DNA from: an uncultured Thermoplasmata archaeon
GTDB taxonomy: Archaea > Thermoplasmatota > Thermoplasmata > UBA10834
Direction: 5' to 3'
NCBI GenBank assembly: GCA_964488505.1
Contig: CAZAUI010000002.1
Coordinates: 3,722 to 67,721, forward strand
DNA length: 64,000 nucleotides
Shown here: piece by piece, positions 50,480-61,675 of the stretch
Layout of the letters: the number at the start of each line of letters is the position of its first letter
How positions within the stretch are numbered: position 1 is the first letter of the stretch
Position numbers and translations under genes: made by a program
The notes under the pieces: model-generated
What the model saw: only the letters and a program-made list of their open reading frames with translations
Database searches by the model: none
What the model was told of the DNA's origin: nothing

Positions 50480-51446
50480 CAAAGGGTGATTCGAATCTAT
50501 CAGGGCATTCGCGGGATTCGGTCATCTTCCCAAAGAGTCTCATACGCTTCGGGCCAAAACGACTGCCTTGGGGATTCACCGCGTAGCTCTCAGTGGAAGT
50601 CATACATGCCCGCCTTGGACACTGCTCACTTCCCCAGAACGGGAACTCCGTTGAATCGTATATCACTTTTCTCAATACGAACCCACTCGCCGCGGACAAT
50701 TCCCTAGAACCTCGCACCGCCCGGTCAATTTCGCTACCGAGAGACATGCCGACATGAGCATCGCAACTCCTGAAAACTTCCTGGTGACAGATGTGCTTGG
50801 AGTCTTTACACTTCTTGAAGAAGTAAGAAGGCAGGACGTCAAGAGGTTCGTGCAGACATCCACGGATGAAGTGTACAGATCCGTAACTAGCGGTCCATTC
50901 CCTGAGAACGACATGCTTGACCCGTCCCACCCATATTCCGCTAGCAGGGCAAGGGGAAGTTGCTCGCTGGGTCTTACGTTAGAACATGCAATCTCGACGA
51001 GGTCGTAACGCGTTCATCGAACGACTGCGGCCCGTTCCAGTATCCAGAGAGACTGATACCCGTCCTCATAATCGAGGCCCTCAAGAATGAACCTTCATCA
51101 ATACATGGTAGAGGGCTCAATGTGCGCGATTGCCACACGTCCAAGACAACTGCAGAGCGATAGACCTTGTGCTCCGAGAGGCGAAGGCAGGAGACATAAT
51201 CAACGTCGGTTCGGGGAACGAGGTGGCGAACATTAATGTCACCAAACTCATCCTGAACACATGAACAAACCGGAGAGCCTCATTACATACGTGAGGGACC
51301 GCCCCGGGCACGACTTCAGATACTCGCTAGAATGGAGTCGCCTCAAAGACCTGGGTTGGAAACCTCAGGTCAGGTTTGAGGACGGCATCAGGAGCACCGT
51401 GGACTGGTATCTGAGCCACGAGGACTGGCGGAATCCTCTGTTTTGA
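50480..51446 (+). pseudogene. rfbB: Frameshifted, decayed dTDP-glucose 4,6-dehydratase gene
   Basis: RfbB-like blocks lie in different frames and are separated by stops. They are FATERHADMSIATPENFLVTDVLG (compare AAESHVDRSI..P..F..TNv.GT), RFVQTSTDEVY...PSHPYSAS, a shift to YVRTCNLDEVVTRSSNDCGPFQYPERLIPVLIIEAL...GLNVRDC, a shift to AIDLVLREAKAGDIINVGSGNEVANINVTKLIL, a TGA stop, then ITYVRDRPGHDFRYSLEWSRLKDLGWKPQVRFEDGIRSTVDWYLSHEDW. A GxxGxxG remnant (gcgggattcggtcat = AGFGH) lies near 50510. The 5' boundary is approximate. Confidence 0.75.
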
Positions 51447-51519
51447 GGAGATGCGCCGGTACCCGACTGCAAGAGCATCTCATCAATCAGGTTGCGGTTC
51501 GGTCTTCACCTCTTTTAAG

Positions 51520-54500
51520 CTACTGCCTCCGCCTCCGAGCTAGGACGATGAAAATCACCAACACGAAGATGACCGGCATTGCCATGTCTCCGAACTCTGG
51601 GAGACTCTCAGTTGTTGGCCAGGGATATGCAGCAATGACTTCCATCTCATCCAAAGACCTGCCCCCGGAAACGTCATAATCCGAGAAGAACAGCGCAAGG
51701 TCCTCGGCTCGCCTCCAGTCGGTTGTGATTACCAAGAAATCGAAGTCGCCATCTCCCCCGACATCTGTAGAATCCAACCCCAGTTCAATCGCAGATTCTC
51801 GGGCCTCTACATCAATCCAAGCCTCCGTGTCAGCCCAGTAACCATCTACATACACACTGAGTGTGGCCTCCTTGATCTCACCACACAGGCCCGAGATCTC
51901 TATCAACCGTTCAGCCCCAACTACAGAGGAGCCTGCGTTCACCGTGAACCCGGTCGCTGAGGACTTGTCGCAGTCGATGTAAATCTTCATGAAGTCCTCG
52001 CCCGTTCTCCGAACCGGAACCACGGTTCCGTTCCCAGCTGCCGTAGGACGAGAACATGTCACGGGCGCATAGTCTCCCGCGAATATCTCACCACGCACGC
52101 TGACGAAGACATACGAGTTGTCAGTGTCATTTGCCCCTCCCACATCATCGATGTCGATGTTCGGATTGGTGACTATATCAGAATCGACGTCGGTCGCCGT
52201 CCGCCCTATCCAATCGGCGAAAGCACCGTCGATGGCAACACTCTCCGGCGGTATGTCGACATAAGCCCTTGCACCTCCGCCTACAACACTGACTTGGCTG
52301 AACGAAGACTGGATTCCTTCCGAAGTCACAAACGCGGATACGAACTGACCCGATGGGATAGATGATGCATCAGAGAGCAGGTCGACCTCGACCTCCTCCC
52401 CTAGCTCCAGAGAGAACGGTTCCACGGACCCCAGCAAATCGATACCGATCAGTTCTGGAGACACCGATAAAACATCGCCTCCGGCTCTCAAACACGAGAA
52501 TTTCAGTGTCGAAACGAGTACTTCAGAGCCTGGTTCCAGGATACCGTCTGAGGTGATGTCGACCGAGGGGGTTTGTTCCACGACCAACATCCCGCCCACG
52601 ACAGGGACTGGATGGCTCCTGCACCCAGGCCCATCTTCATCAATCGACGTCAGGAGCACCTTCGAAGCGTCTCCCAAGTCTGCGAACAATTCAGCAGACG
52701 CCTCCAACTGAGATCCATCCAAAAAGCAAGTCACGCCACAACGAGGTGTCCATGCATTCCAGTCCAGGCGATCATCAGAAGAACCGAAGACATAGCAGGT
52801 AGACTTGGAAACGGATTGATTCCAACCCAAGATCTCAATCATGGCGTCCGCGCCAATCTCGGCCAAATTGTATCCTGTTTCAACTGAACCATCTGCGTCT
52901 ATGAAAAGGATGAATCCTTCTACAGTTTCGCTCGCCATCATAGGAGCCTCAGTCTCAACGTACAGGTAAATGGCCCTTGAGTGGGTCGCGACCGACCATT
53001 CGGTCACATCAATCGTGGGTGAAAACGCGGAGGTTGTAGTCGTAAATCGAGCCTCATCATCCCAGTCATCGAATTCTCCGTTCACCGAAAAAGGAGGTTC
53101 GTCCCTTCCCAGTGTAGTGAAGTAGACCGCTGGAATCACAAGCACGCATGCGACGACGATTGCCATCAGCTGCCATCGCCTTAGCAAGAGATTGCGCCGA
53201 CCGCGAGTGACTTGCCTTCTTCCGTTAACAGCGCCCCCGTTCGAAAGCCCCCTCCCGTTGACGAGGTCCATGCCGTTCGTGGCCCCAGTCCCGTTTATCC
53301 GGCTTGGAGCGGTCGCCTGTCCCAACCCGTTCACGAGGCTGACGCCGTTTATTGCGCTTGCACCATTCGAGATGCCCCTCCTAGAATCTCCCCTGCGACG
53401 GCCCACCGGTGGTCTCAGAATGCCTGGCGCGACCGCCTTCGCTTTCGACGGCCCGCTCCAACTGAGTGCTGTGGCCTGAGTAGTCTCTTCAGTCTCGAAC
53501 TCTGTTCCGCAGTGAGGGCAGACCGGGACAAGGAGGCCTACGCTGTTCCCGCATACCGGGCACGACACCTCGTCTTCAATCGCAGTGACACCTGTCACTG
53601 GGCCGACTGCTGGAGGCTTGGGAACCTCCTCCTCAGGCTCGAACTCGGCTCCGCAACGCGGACAGACTTGAACGGATGTTCCAACGGCCTCGCCACAGAC
53701 CGGACATGAGACGCTTTCGTCCACCTCTTGTGCTGAAGGAGATGAGACGGCGAGCAGTGCGTTGGTTGTCTCCTTCGCCAATCCCACTGGCTCGAACTCC
53801 GCCCCACAGAACGGGCAGGATTTGTTGGCGACGTTCGAAACTGAACCGCAAATCGGACACTCGGCATCCTCCTCACTCTCCGCAGCCGTTTCAGAGACCC
53901 GGGTTGCCCCCTGCTCCGGAAGACCAGATACCTCCCCTGGAGCTTCGACTTCGAACTCGGTGCCGCACTTGGGACACCGGGTGGCATCGATGCTGACCGT
54001 TGCGCCGCACACAGGACAATCGGACAGTTCGGTGTCCATCACGACGAGGCCGCCTTTCGGCGGCCCGTCTCCAGCCTTAGGGGTGTCCCAACCTGATTGA
54101 TCATCCTCTGGCTCGAATTCTGTCCCGCAGACGTTGCAACGAAGATCCTTTGCCGAAACCTTCTTCCCGCAAACAGGGCACTCGGAACTGTCATCCGTGA
54201 GTTCGTCAGCTGCAGGGATTCTCTTCTTCGGCGCAGGTGCGCTCTTGTTAGTCTTCGCCCGTTCCGTCTTAGCCTTAGATTGAGGCTTCTTCACGAACTT
54301 CGGGAGGTTCATCCCACAAACTGAGCAGGTGGCCTCGGATTGTAGAACTGGATTGCTGCAGTAAGGGCACTTCAGCTGAGCGTCTTCCGTCAATTTGCGG
54401 CCGCATTTGGGGCAGGTGCCCTGCTGCCCTGACACACGGCTTCCGCAGTGGGGGCATACTGTCGTCTTCTTACGCCCTGATGTCATGGAGGGAGTACCTT

Positions 54501-54528
54501 GGCCTTCATCTGAGCCTGAGCGAGTCAC
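51520..54528 (-). CDS. Surface protein: seven cytoplasmic zinc ribbons, xxNG-repeat region, signal-anchor TM, two 'DGxFxDW' ectodomain modules and Ig-like regions, PEF-CTERM-like anchor
   Basis: 1002 aa from GTG 54528; an alternative ATG lies at 54486. There are seven CPxCG...CxxCG units (Cys pairs at aa 25/28-39/42, 54/57-68/71, 117/120-131/134, 171/174-185/188, 224/227-238/241, 275/278-289/292 and 323/326-337/340). The NG-rich region is ISNGASAINGVSLVNG...INGTGATNGMDLVNGRGLSNGGAVNG. The TM is LMAIVVACVLVIPAVYFTTL. The modules are VNGEFDDW...FILFIDADGSVETGY...GADAMIEILGWNQS and IDGAFADW...MKIYIDCDKSSATGF. The C-terminus is LPEFGDMAMPVIFVLVIFIVLARRRRQ (nt 51523-51603). Confidence 0.85.
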   Translation of the reverse strand: MTRSGSDEGQGTPSMTSGRKKTTVCPHCGSRVSGQQGTCPKCGRKLTEDAQLKCPYCSNPVLQSEATCSVCGMNLPKFVKKPQSKAKTERAKTNKSAPAPKKRIPAADELTDDSSECPVCGKKVSAKDLRCNVCGTEFEPEDDQSGWDTPKAGDGPPKGGLVVMDTELSDCPVCGATVSIDATRCPKCGTEFEVEAPGEVSGLPEQGATRVSETAAESEEDAECPICGSVSNVANKSCPFCGAEFEPVGLAKETTNALLAVSSPSAQEVDESVSCPVCGEAVGTSVQVCPRCGAEFEPEEEVPKPPAVGPVTGVTAIEDEVSCPVCGNSVGLLVPVCPHCGTEFETEETTQATALSWSGPSKAKAVAPGILRPPVGRRRGDSRRGISNGASAINGVSLVNGLGQATAPSRINGTGATNGMDLVNGRGLSNGGAVNGRRQVTRGRRNLLLRRWQLMAIVVACVLVIPAVYFTTLGRDEPPFSVNGEFDDWDDEARFTTTTSAFSPTIDVTEWSVATHSRAIYLYVETEAPMMASETVEGFILFIDADGSVETGYNLAEIGADAMIEILGWNQSVSKSTCYVFGSSDDRLDWNAWTPRCGVTCFLDGSQLEASAELFADLGDASKVLLTSIDEDGPGCRSHPVPVVGGMLVVEQTPSVDITSDGILEPGSEVLVSTLKFSCLRAGGDVLSVSPELIGIDLLGSVEPFSLELGEEVEVDLLSDASSIPSGQFVSAFVTSEGIQSSFSQVSVVGGGARAYVDIPPESVAIDGAFADWIGRTATDVDSDIVTNPNIDIDDVGGANDTDNSYVFVSVRGEIFAGDYAPVTCSRPTAAGNGTVVPVRRTGEDFMKIYIDCDKSSATGFTVNAGSSVVGAERLIEISGLCGEIKEATLSVYVDGYWADTEAWIDVEARESAIELGLDSTDVGGDGDFDFLVITTDWRRAEDLALFFSDYDVSGGRSLDEMEVIAAYPWPTTESLPEFGDMAMPVIFVLVIFIVLARRRRQ

Positions 54529-54694
54529 ACTGTGACCTGATGTGCAGCGGTTCCGCGCAGGTTCGCGCCTTCGGGGGATGATGACTCAGATGCGTGCCGA
54601 TGAGAATATGGTCTAGAGCTATATTAATTCAGAGCCACGGTACTCATTCCGAAGCGTTTACGGACGGAAAGGCCGTCTCGTGGCCTCCTCGGGA

Positions 54695-56717
<2,023 letters not shown>

Positions 56718-56754
56718 GCAGAGCAGCAGTCACTCCAAATGCCTTCGGGCTATT

Positions 56755-57951
56755 TCATCTATTCCGTTCGGAGGCCATCCTGACCATCTCACGGGCGGCG
56801 CTCGAATACGCGTCCGTGAACGCCTTCCGGGAATGCCTCTCGTTGACGGCCGAATGCGCCTGCATCGCCCTCGAGCGCAGTTCTGCGGCACCCAGCCGGG
56901 CGATTCCTCTGACGGCATCCTGGACCGACTTCACGCTAGCTTCCTGCAGAACCGTCCCGAACGGCGATATCTCAATCCCTGATTGTGGCGTGGCTATGGG
57001 GATCAGGCCCGCTGACATGCACGTGAGCACTGCTATGCTCGCGCCCTCGGAGGCTGAAGGATATACCATGCCCACAGCGTCCTTCGCAATCGACCTGAAC
57101 CTGTCGCTGTCCACGTCTACCCATCCGACTGTATCGATGTTCGGGGAATGCCGCAGCTCCTTCTCGTAGGCCCTCGCGAAATCCTCCTCCGCGTCCACTG
57201 GTCCGCAAACCGTTAGATGCAGGTCGGGCATGCCCGCGAACGCCTCCAGCACCAAGTCGAGTCCCTTCAAGGCCAACCCCGAGCTGCCGAGCCAGACGAA
57301 CCGGCTCTTGCATGATTCGAAGTCCTTGGCCTGGTCGAACAGCGGGTATATCGGCGATGTGGCGGGTATCCTGAACATCTTCTTGCCCGCGTACTTCCAC
57401 GTCTCGAGAGTCGTGTCGTTCCCGAGCACGGTCGCGCAATCCGCAACCTCGATTCCCCGGACAGGCGGGACCTGCCTCCTGGGCCGCAGCGAGACCCTGC
57501 GCCTCTGTTTGATGGACTCCAGCCTCTCGTACTCCGCCCTGTTCTGGTGGAGCCAGTGCGAGCCCGTCACGTGCAGGACCTTGAGACACCCCTCCCCGAC
57601 GAACGGGGCGAACCTTTCCATGTTGCCGTGTATGTCAATGAAGATATCGTATCGCTTCTTCGGCACGAAGTCGGCGTCGTCCCAGTCGATGACGTCGACT
57701 GCGTAGCCCATGCCCTGGAATATCCTGACGATCTCCGAGCACTCCCACAGGTTCGAGTGGTTGGCCGACCCGGCCTCGAACCCGGATGAGAACGGTGCGG
57801 TGATGTAGGAAAGTAACAACCGGCCGGTGGCCTCACCGCTGGGTGGCAGGGAGACCGTCCTGTGCCTCACAAGGTCCCATACCAGGCCTTTACCAGCATC
57901 CTTGGCCCTTGAGACAGTCATACTCGCTCTAGAAGGCATGGAAACGCACAA
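56755..57951 (-). CDS. GT-B fold glycosyltransferase (GT4-like)
   Basis: The C-terminal half has FVWLGSSGLALKGLDLVLEAF...LTVCGPV...GMVYPSASEGASIAVLTCMSAGLIPIATPQSGI, a donor-binding E-x7-type block. The N-terminal half is not diagnostic. Confidence 0.6.
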   Translation of the reverse strand: MCVSMPSRASMTVSRAKDAGKGLVWDLVRHRTVSLPPSGEATGRLLLSYITAPFSSGFEAGSANHSNLWECSEIVRIFQGMGYAVDVIDWDDADFVPKKRYDIFIDIHGNMERFAPFVGEGCLKVLHVTGSHWLHQNRAEYERLESIKQRRRVSLRPRRQVPPVRGIEVADCATVLGNDTTLETWKYAGKKMFRIPATSPIYPLFDQAKDFESCKSRFVWLGSSGLALKGLDLVLEAFAGMPDLHLTVCGPVDAEEDFARAYEKELRHSPNIDTVGWVDVDSDRFRSIAKDAVGMVYPSASEGASIAVLTCMSAGLIPIATPQSGIEISPFGTVLQEASVKSVQDAVRGIARLGAAELRSRAMQAHSAVNERHSRKAFTDAYSSAAREMVRMASERNR

Positions 57952-58018
57952 CCAGTCGGACAGACGCCTGTGGATGCCCCTATCGTTTATTCAAAGCTTC
58001 GGGCAGGGTACGTGCCCG

Positions 58019-59221
58019 TCAGGCCTTCCTGACGGCTTCGAACAGCCGCTCCATCCTCGCGCCGTACGCATCCCAGGTGATGTTCTCCTCGACGAACTTC
58101 CGTCCGGCGACGCTTAGCCTGTCGTACATGCCCGGCTCTGTCAGGAGCCTGGTGACGCACTCCGCGATCCTGTCAGGCCTCGCAGGGGGTACGATTAGGG
58201 CGTTCTCGTTGTCCTTGAGCACGGAGGCCGCGCCCGCGGCCTCGCAGACGACGGCGGGCGTACCCGACGCCATCGCCTCGAACGGGGCCAGCCCCCAGGT
58301 CTGCGGGAAGTTTGGGAACACGAACACCTCCGAGGACGCATACAGCTCCCTGAGCTCCGAATCGCTCATCTCGCCCAGGAACCGGACCCTGTCCGAGAGG
58401 CCTTTCGAGTCCACCAGGGTCTTGATGCGGGAGGAGTACCCGGGGTCGTACCTATCGGAACCCACGATTGTCAGGGATGGGTCGAAACCGTCCTTTACGA
58501 GGATATCGAGCGCGAGCACGATGTCCTCGAACCGTCTGTGGGGATAGTACACCCCCACGGCGAGGAGTTTGACGCCTTTCTGGCCCGGCTGGACGGTCTT
58601 CTTGCGGAACGAGAATGACGATATGTCCAGGCCGCTGCCCATCTTCTCGGGTCTGGTGCCGGTCCTGCGTTCGAACGCACGCACGGTCGGCTCGTCGAAC
58701 ACGACAGAGCGGTCCATGGCAGACATCCTCCTCCTGTCGACATGCAACCCAAGCGGGCCCATGAGGAGGTAGTAGTGGAGAGTCTGTACGAGCTTCTTCC
58801 TGGTCAAGCCGCCTTCAGGCACCCTGAGGCTCCTAGGGAGGTCGTTGACCATCCAGACCGCGGGGGTCTGGTGTTTCGTCTTGTAGTGATGGGCGACCCT
58901 GTACGACCTGTGCTCGTGGGGGTTGAGGACATCGTAGCCGGGAGGGATCATGTCCGCTATGTTCCGCTCCTCGCGCGCGAAGAGGGGCTCCATCGGGTAG
59001 AGTGACCATCGTCTCGAAAGGCCATCTCTCTTGCATCCTGGAGAGGAGCACTTGTCCATCGCAACCACGTTCAACCCCTTGAGCAGCTCCGGGTAGCACC
59101 TACATTCATCCAGTGAGTGACAGAACAGGTCCACGACGTGGCCCTTCCTCATGAGATACCGAGCGAGCTCCAGGGCCTGCCTCTGCGTGCCCCCGCTCGT
59201 CGTCATGTCCCAGACTATCAT
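58019..59221 (-). CDS. GT4-family glycosyltransferase
   Basis: From the internal ATG at 59219-59221: MIVWDMTTSGGTQRQALELARYLMRKGHVVDLF...LLAVGVYYPHRRFEDIVLAL...IVGSDRYDPGYSSRIKTLV...RFLGEMSDSELRELYASSEVFVFPNFPQTWGLAPFEAMASGTPAVVCEAAGAASVLKDNENALIVPP. The upstream 205 codons of the long ORF are R/G-rich and overlap the methyltransferase gene. Confidence 0.8.
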   Translation of the reverse strand: MIVWDMTTSGGTQRQALELARYLMRKGHVVDLFCHSLDECRCYPELLKGLNVVAMDKCSSPGCKRDGLSRRWSLYPMEPLFAREERNIADMIPPGYDVLNPHEHRSYRVAHHYKTKHQTPAVWMVNDLPRSLRVPEGGLTRKKLVQTLHYYLLMGPLGLHVDRRRMSAMDRSVVFDEPTVRAFERRTGTRPEKMGSGLDISSFSFRKKTVQPGQKGVKLLAVGVYYPHRRFEDIVLALDILVKDGFDPSLTIVGSDRYDPGYSSRIKTLVDSKGLSDRVRFLGEMSDSELRELYASSEVFVFPNFPQTWGLAPFEAMASGTPAVVCEAAGAASVLKDNENALIVPPARPDRIAECVTRLLTEPGMYDRLSVAGRKFVEENITWDAYGARMERLFEAVRKA

Positions 59222-59223
59222 CG

Positions 59224-59898
59224 CTATCTTGATGATCTCACGACCTCGCACCAGATACCACAGTGGTATTCCCTTGAGGAGAAGATCCTGTCCATGGCGT
59301 ACGCCATCTTCTTCGCGAACCATCCCCTCCACAGGTTCACGCCTATGGTCGCGCTCACCCTGCCAAGGTACTCCAGTCGCACGACCTGCCCTCCGCTCGC
59401 GGAGACGATGTTCCTCAACTCCACCTCTGTGAACCCGCAGTGCATGTGCGTCCTGTCCAGCTGGTGCGGCTCTACCACCCCCAGGGCCCACATCTCCTCG
59501 TTCCTGAGCGGTACGGACACGAGCACGTTGTGCCTCGACACCCTCACCGCTTTCGACAGGAGGCCGACCGGGTCCCTCGTGTGCTCGAGGATGTCGTACA
59601 GAACGACCGTGTCCGCCTGCGGCAGCTCCAGGTCCAAGGCGTCGCCCACGAGGAGCTCGACGCCCTCGGGGTACGCATACCCTTCGTATCTCTTGACATC
59701 CACGCCCGTGTACCTGCCCTTCCAGCCGTTGTCCCTTAGGAAGGTCGACAGCTGGCATGTGGCGCAGCCTATGTCGAGCACATCCCCCTTCTGATGCTCG
59801 AGGACCTTCCTGGCGAGCTCGGGAACGGACTTCCATCTCTTCCAGCCGAAGTCAAAGTCAGTCTTGACATAGCCGCAGGACCCGTCCCTGGATGTCAT
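59224..59898 (-). CDS. Class I SAM-dependent methyltransferase
   Basis: GDVLDIGCATCQLSTFL (motif I), YTGVDV, ADTVVLYDILEHTRDPVGLL. The stop lies 2 nt before the GT4 start. Confidence 0.75.
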   Translation of the reverse strand: MTSRDGSCGYVKTDFDFGWKRWKSVPELARKVLEHQKGDVLDIGCATCQLSTFLRDNGWKGRYTGVDVKRYEGYAYPEGVELLVGDALDLELPQADTVVLYDILEHTRDPVGLLSKAVRVSRHNVLVSVPLRNEEMWALGVVEPHQLDRTHMHCGFTEVELRNIVSASGGQVVRLEYLGRVSATIGVNLWRGWFAKKMAYAMDRIFSSREYHCGIWCEVVRSSR

Positions 59899-60008
59899 GG
59901 AGTATGCGACTCGATTATTGTTCCGGGCATTAAAGGTAGCGAACGGCCGGGAGACAGGACGCGAGGGATTAAGAGGGCTCGGGTCTTTCCGAAGCCCAGG
60001 AGACTCAG

Positions 60009-60968
60009 ATGTCCAAGCGCGCGCTAATCACGGGCGTCACCGGCCAGGACGGGTCGTACCTCGCCGAGCTGCTCCTGTCGAAGGGCTACGAGGTCCACGG
60101 GATGGTCAGGAGGCTCGGTCCTGCGCACCTGGAGAGGCTCTCCGAATCGAAGTTATCGATACACTTCGTGGAGGGTGACCTACTGGACCAGACCTCGCTG
60201 GAGAACGCGGTCAGGAAGTCCAAGCCGGACGAGGTGTACAACCTCGCTGCGCCCTCGTTCGTCGCGAGCTCCTTCTCGCAACCCGTACTGACAGGGGAGA
60301 TCGTCGGGATAGGCGCTGTACGCATGTTCGAAGCCGTCAGGACGCAGGCGCCAGGTGCGCGCGTTTACCAGGCCTCGTCGAGCGAGATGTTCGGGGCGGT
60401 CACGGCCTCGCCTCAGAACGAGAGTACGCCGTTCAACCCGCGGACCCCGTACGGCGTCGCGAAGACCTTCGCTTTCTGGACAGGGGTGAACTGCAGGAGG
60501 AATTCGGGCATGTTCGTCTCGAACGGCATCCTGTACAACCATGAGAGCCCCAGGAGGGGGCCGGAGTACGTCACCCGGAAGATATCCCTCGGGGTCGCGA
60601 GGATCGCGAAGGGATTGCAGGACAGGATAGAGCTCGGGAACCTCGACGGGAGGAGGGACTGGGGCTACGCCCCGGAGTACGTCGATGCCATGTGGAGGAT
60701 GCTGCAGAGGGACGAGGGCGATGACTTCGTCATAGCCACGGGGGAGACGCACACTGTCAGGGAGTTCCTGGAAGAGGCGTGCAGGGTCGCCGAGATAGAG
60801 GACCCCATGTCGGTCGTGTTTGTGAGCGAGGGACAGATGCGCCCCGCGGATTTCGTGTACCTGAAGGGAGATGCGACGAAGGCGAAAGAGAAACTGGGAT
60901 GGCAGCCGAAGACCCGGTTCAAGGAGCTCGTCGGGATAATGGTCAGGGCGGACCTGGAACGCGTCTGA
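60009..60968 (+). CDS. gmd: GDP-mannose 4,6-dehydratase (short type, second copy)
   Basis: [33 protein letters not shown]...VYNLAAPSFVASSF...[46 protein letters not shown]. It lacks the STFNT...RI.H insertion region of the long copy. Confidence 0.85.
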   Translation: MSKRALITGVTGQDGSYLAELLLSKGYEVHGMVRRLGPAHLERLSESKLSIHFVEGDLLDQTSLENAVRKSKPDEVYNLAAPSFVASSFSQPVLTGEIVGIGAVRMFEAVRTQAPGARVYQASSSEMFGAVTASPQNESTPFNPRTPYGVAKTFAFWTGVNCRRNSGMFVSNGILYNHESPRRGPEYVTRKISLGVARIAKGLQDRIELGNLDGRRDWGYAPEYVDAMWRMLQRDEGDDFVIATGETHTVREFLEEACRVAEIEDPMSVVFVSEGQMRPADFVYLKGDATKAKEKLGWQPKTRFKELVGIMVRADLERV

Positions 60969-60995
60969 GAAGCGTCCAAGCATGCGCGGACTGGT

Positions 60996-61484
60996 TCACT
61001 TGTCCTTCTGGTTCTGGCGTATGTACTCGTAGACCTCGTCGACGTCCTGCTTCAGGATCGGGTCGTCCTTGTACAGCTTCCTCAGCCACGCGTCAAGGTC
61101 CGCGTGGGACGACTTCAGCTGCGGGTCGGTCTCGCCCATCTTCTTGAGCATGGGGAGCCATAATATCTCGTACAGGGCGACCTCCTTGGCCGCCATCTTC
61201 TCCTTGGCGTACGGGTTCCTCTCGGTTAGGACCGTCATCTGCTCGCGCCACATCTTCATGCGCAGGTCCCAGAAGATCGCGAAGAGCCATATCGCGGCCA
61301 CGAGGACCAGCAGGATCACCGGCACGCCAGTGTAAGGCGTCTCGAACAGCGTGCCCCTCCAGCTCATGAAGTTGTACAGCTGCAGGGCGAGGTTCAGCGC
61401 GAGGAGCACGAGCGTCGCGATCTGGGCGATCTGCTGCAGTCTCCACATCTGCAGCATGAACCACTTCTTCGGACCACCGTTCAC
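60996..61484 (-). CDS. Hypothetical two-TM membrane protein
   Basis: 162 aa with TMs IAQIATLVLLALNLALQLYNF and VPVILLVLVAAIWLFAIFW, then a charged C-terminal domain. No family recognised. Confidence 0.5.
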   Translation of the reverse strand: MNGGPKKWFMLQMWRLQQIAQIATLVLLALNLALQLYNFMSWRGTLFETPYTGVPVILLVLVAAIWLFAIFWDLRMKMWREQMTVLTERNPYAKEKMAAKEVALYEILWLPMLKKMGETDPQLKSSHADLDAWLRKLYKDDPILKQDVDEVYEYIRQNQKDK

Positions 61485-61675
61485 GAGATGTCTCCCCTAG
61501 ACATACGAGTCGAATCGTTTCACAGTATTTGATGATTCCCCGAGCCTGCAGACACGGCCCCGGATCCCTGCCCAACTGTAGCGGCCCCGTCTCGGGAGAA
61601 CGCCCTTTTATCCAACACAACATGGTATATCAGTCGGCAATTGACCTTAATTCGGCAAATCGTGACCAATGAGAC

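Noticed and set aside
50484-50497. gggtgattcgaatc resembles a tRNA T-arm (GGTTCGAATC).
   Set aside because: There is no acceptor, D or anticodon stem around it, and it lies within the rfbB relic. It is not a tRNA.
50349-50930. 193-aa minus-strand ORF across the rfbB relic.
   Set aside because: It has no motifs. The opposite strand carries recognisable, although broken, RfbB blocks, so this is most likely a chance ORF in decaying DNA.
59222-59836. N-terminal 205-codon extension of the GT4 ORF (58019-59836).
   Set aside because: The extension is R/G/E-rich and lies entirely over the well-supported methyltransferase gene (59224-59898) in another frame. A GT4-typical N-terminus (MIVWDMTTSGG) starts at the ATG at 59221, 2 nt after the methyltransferase stop.
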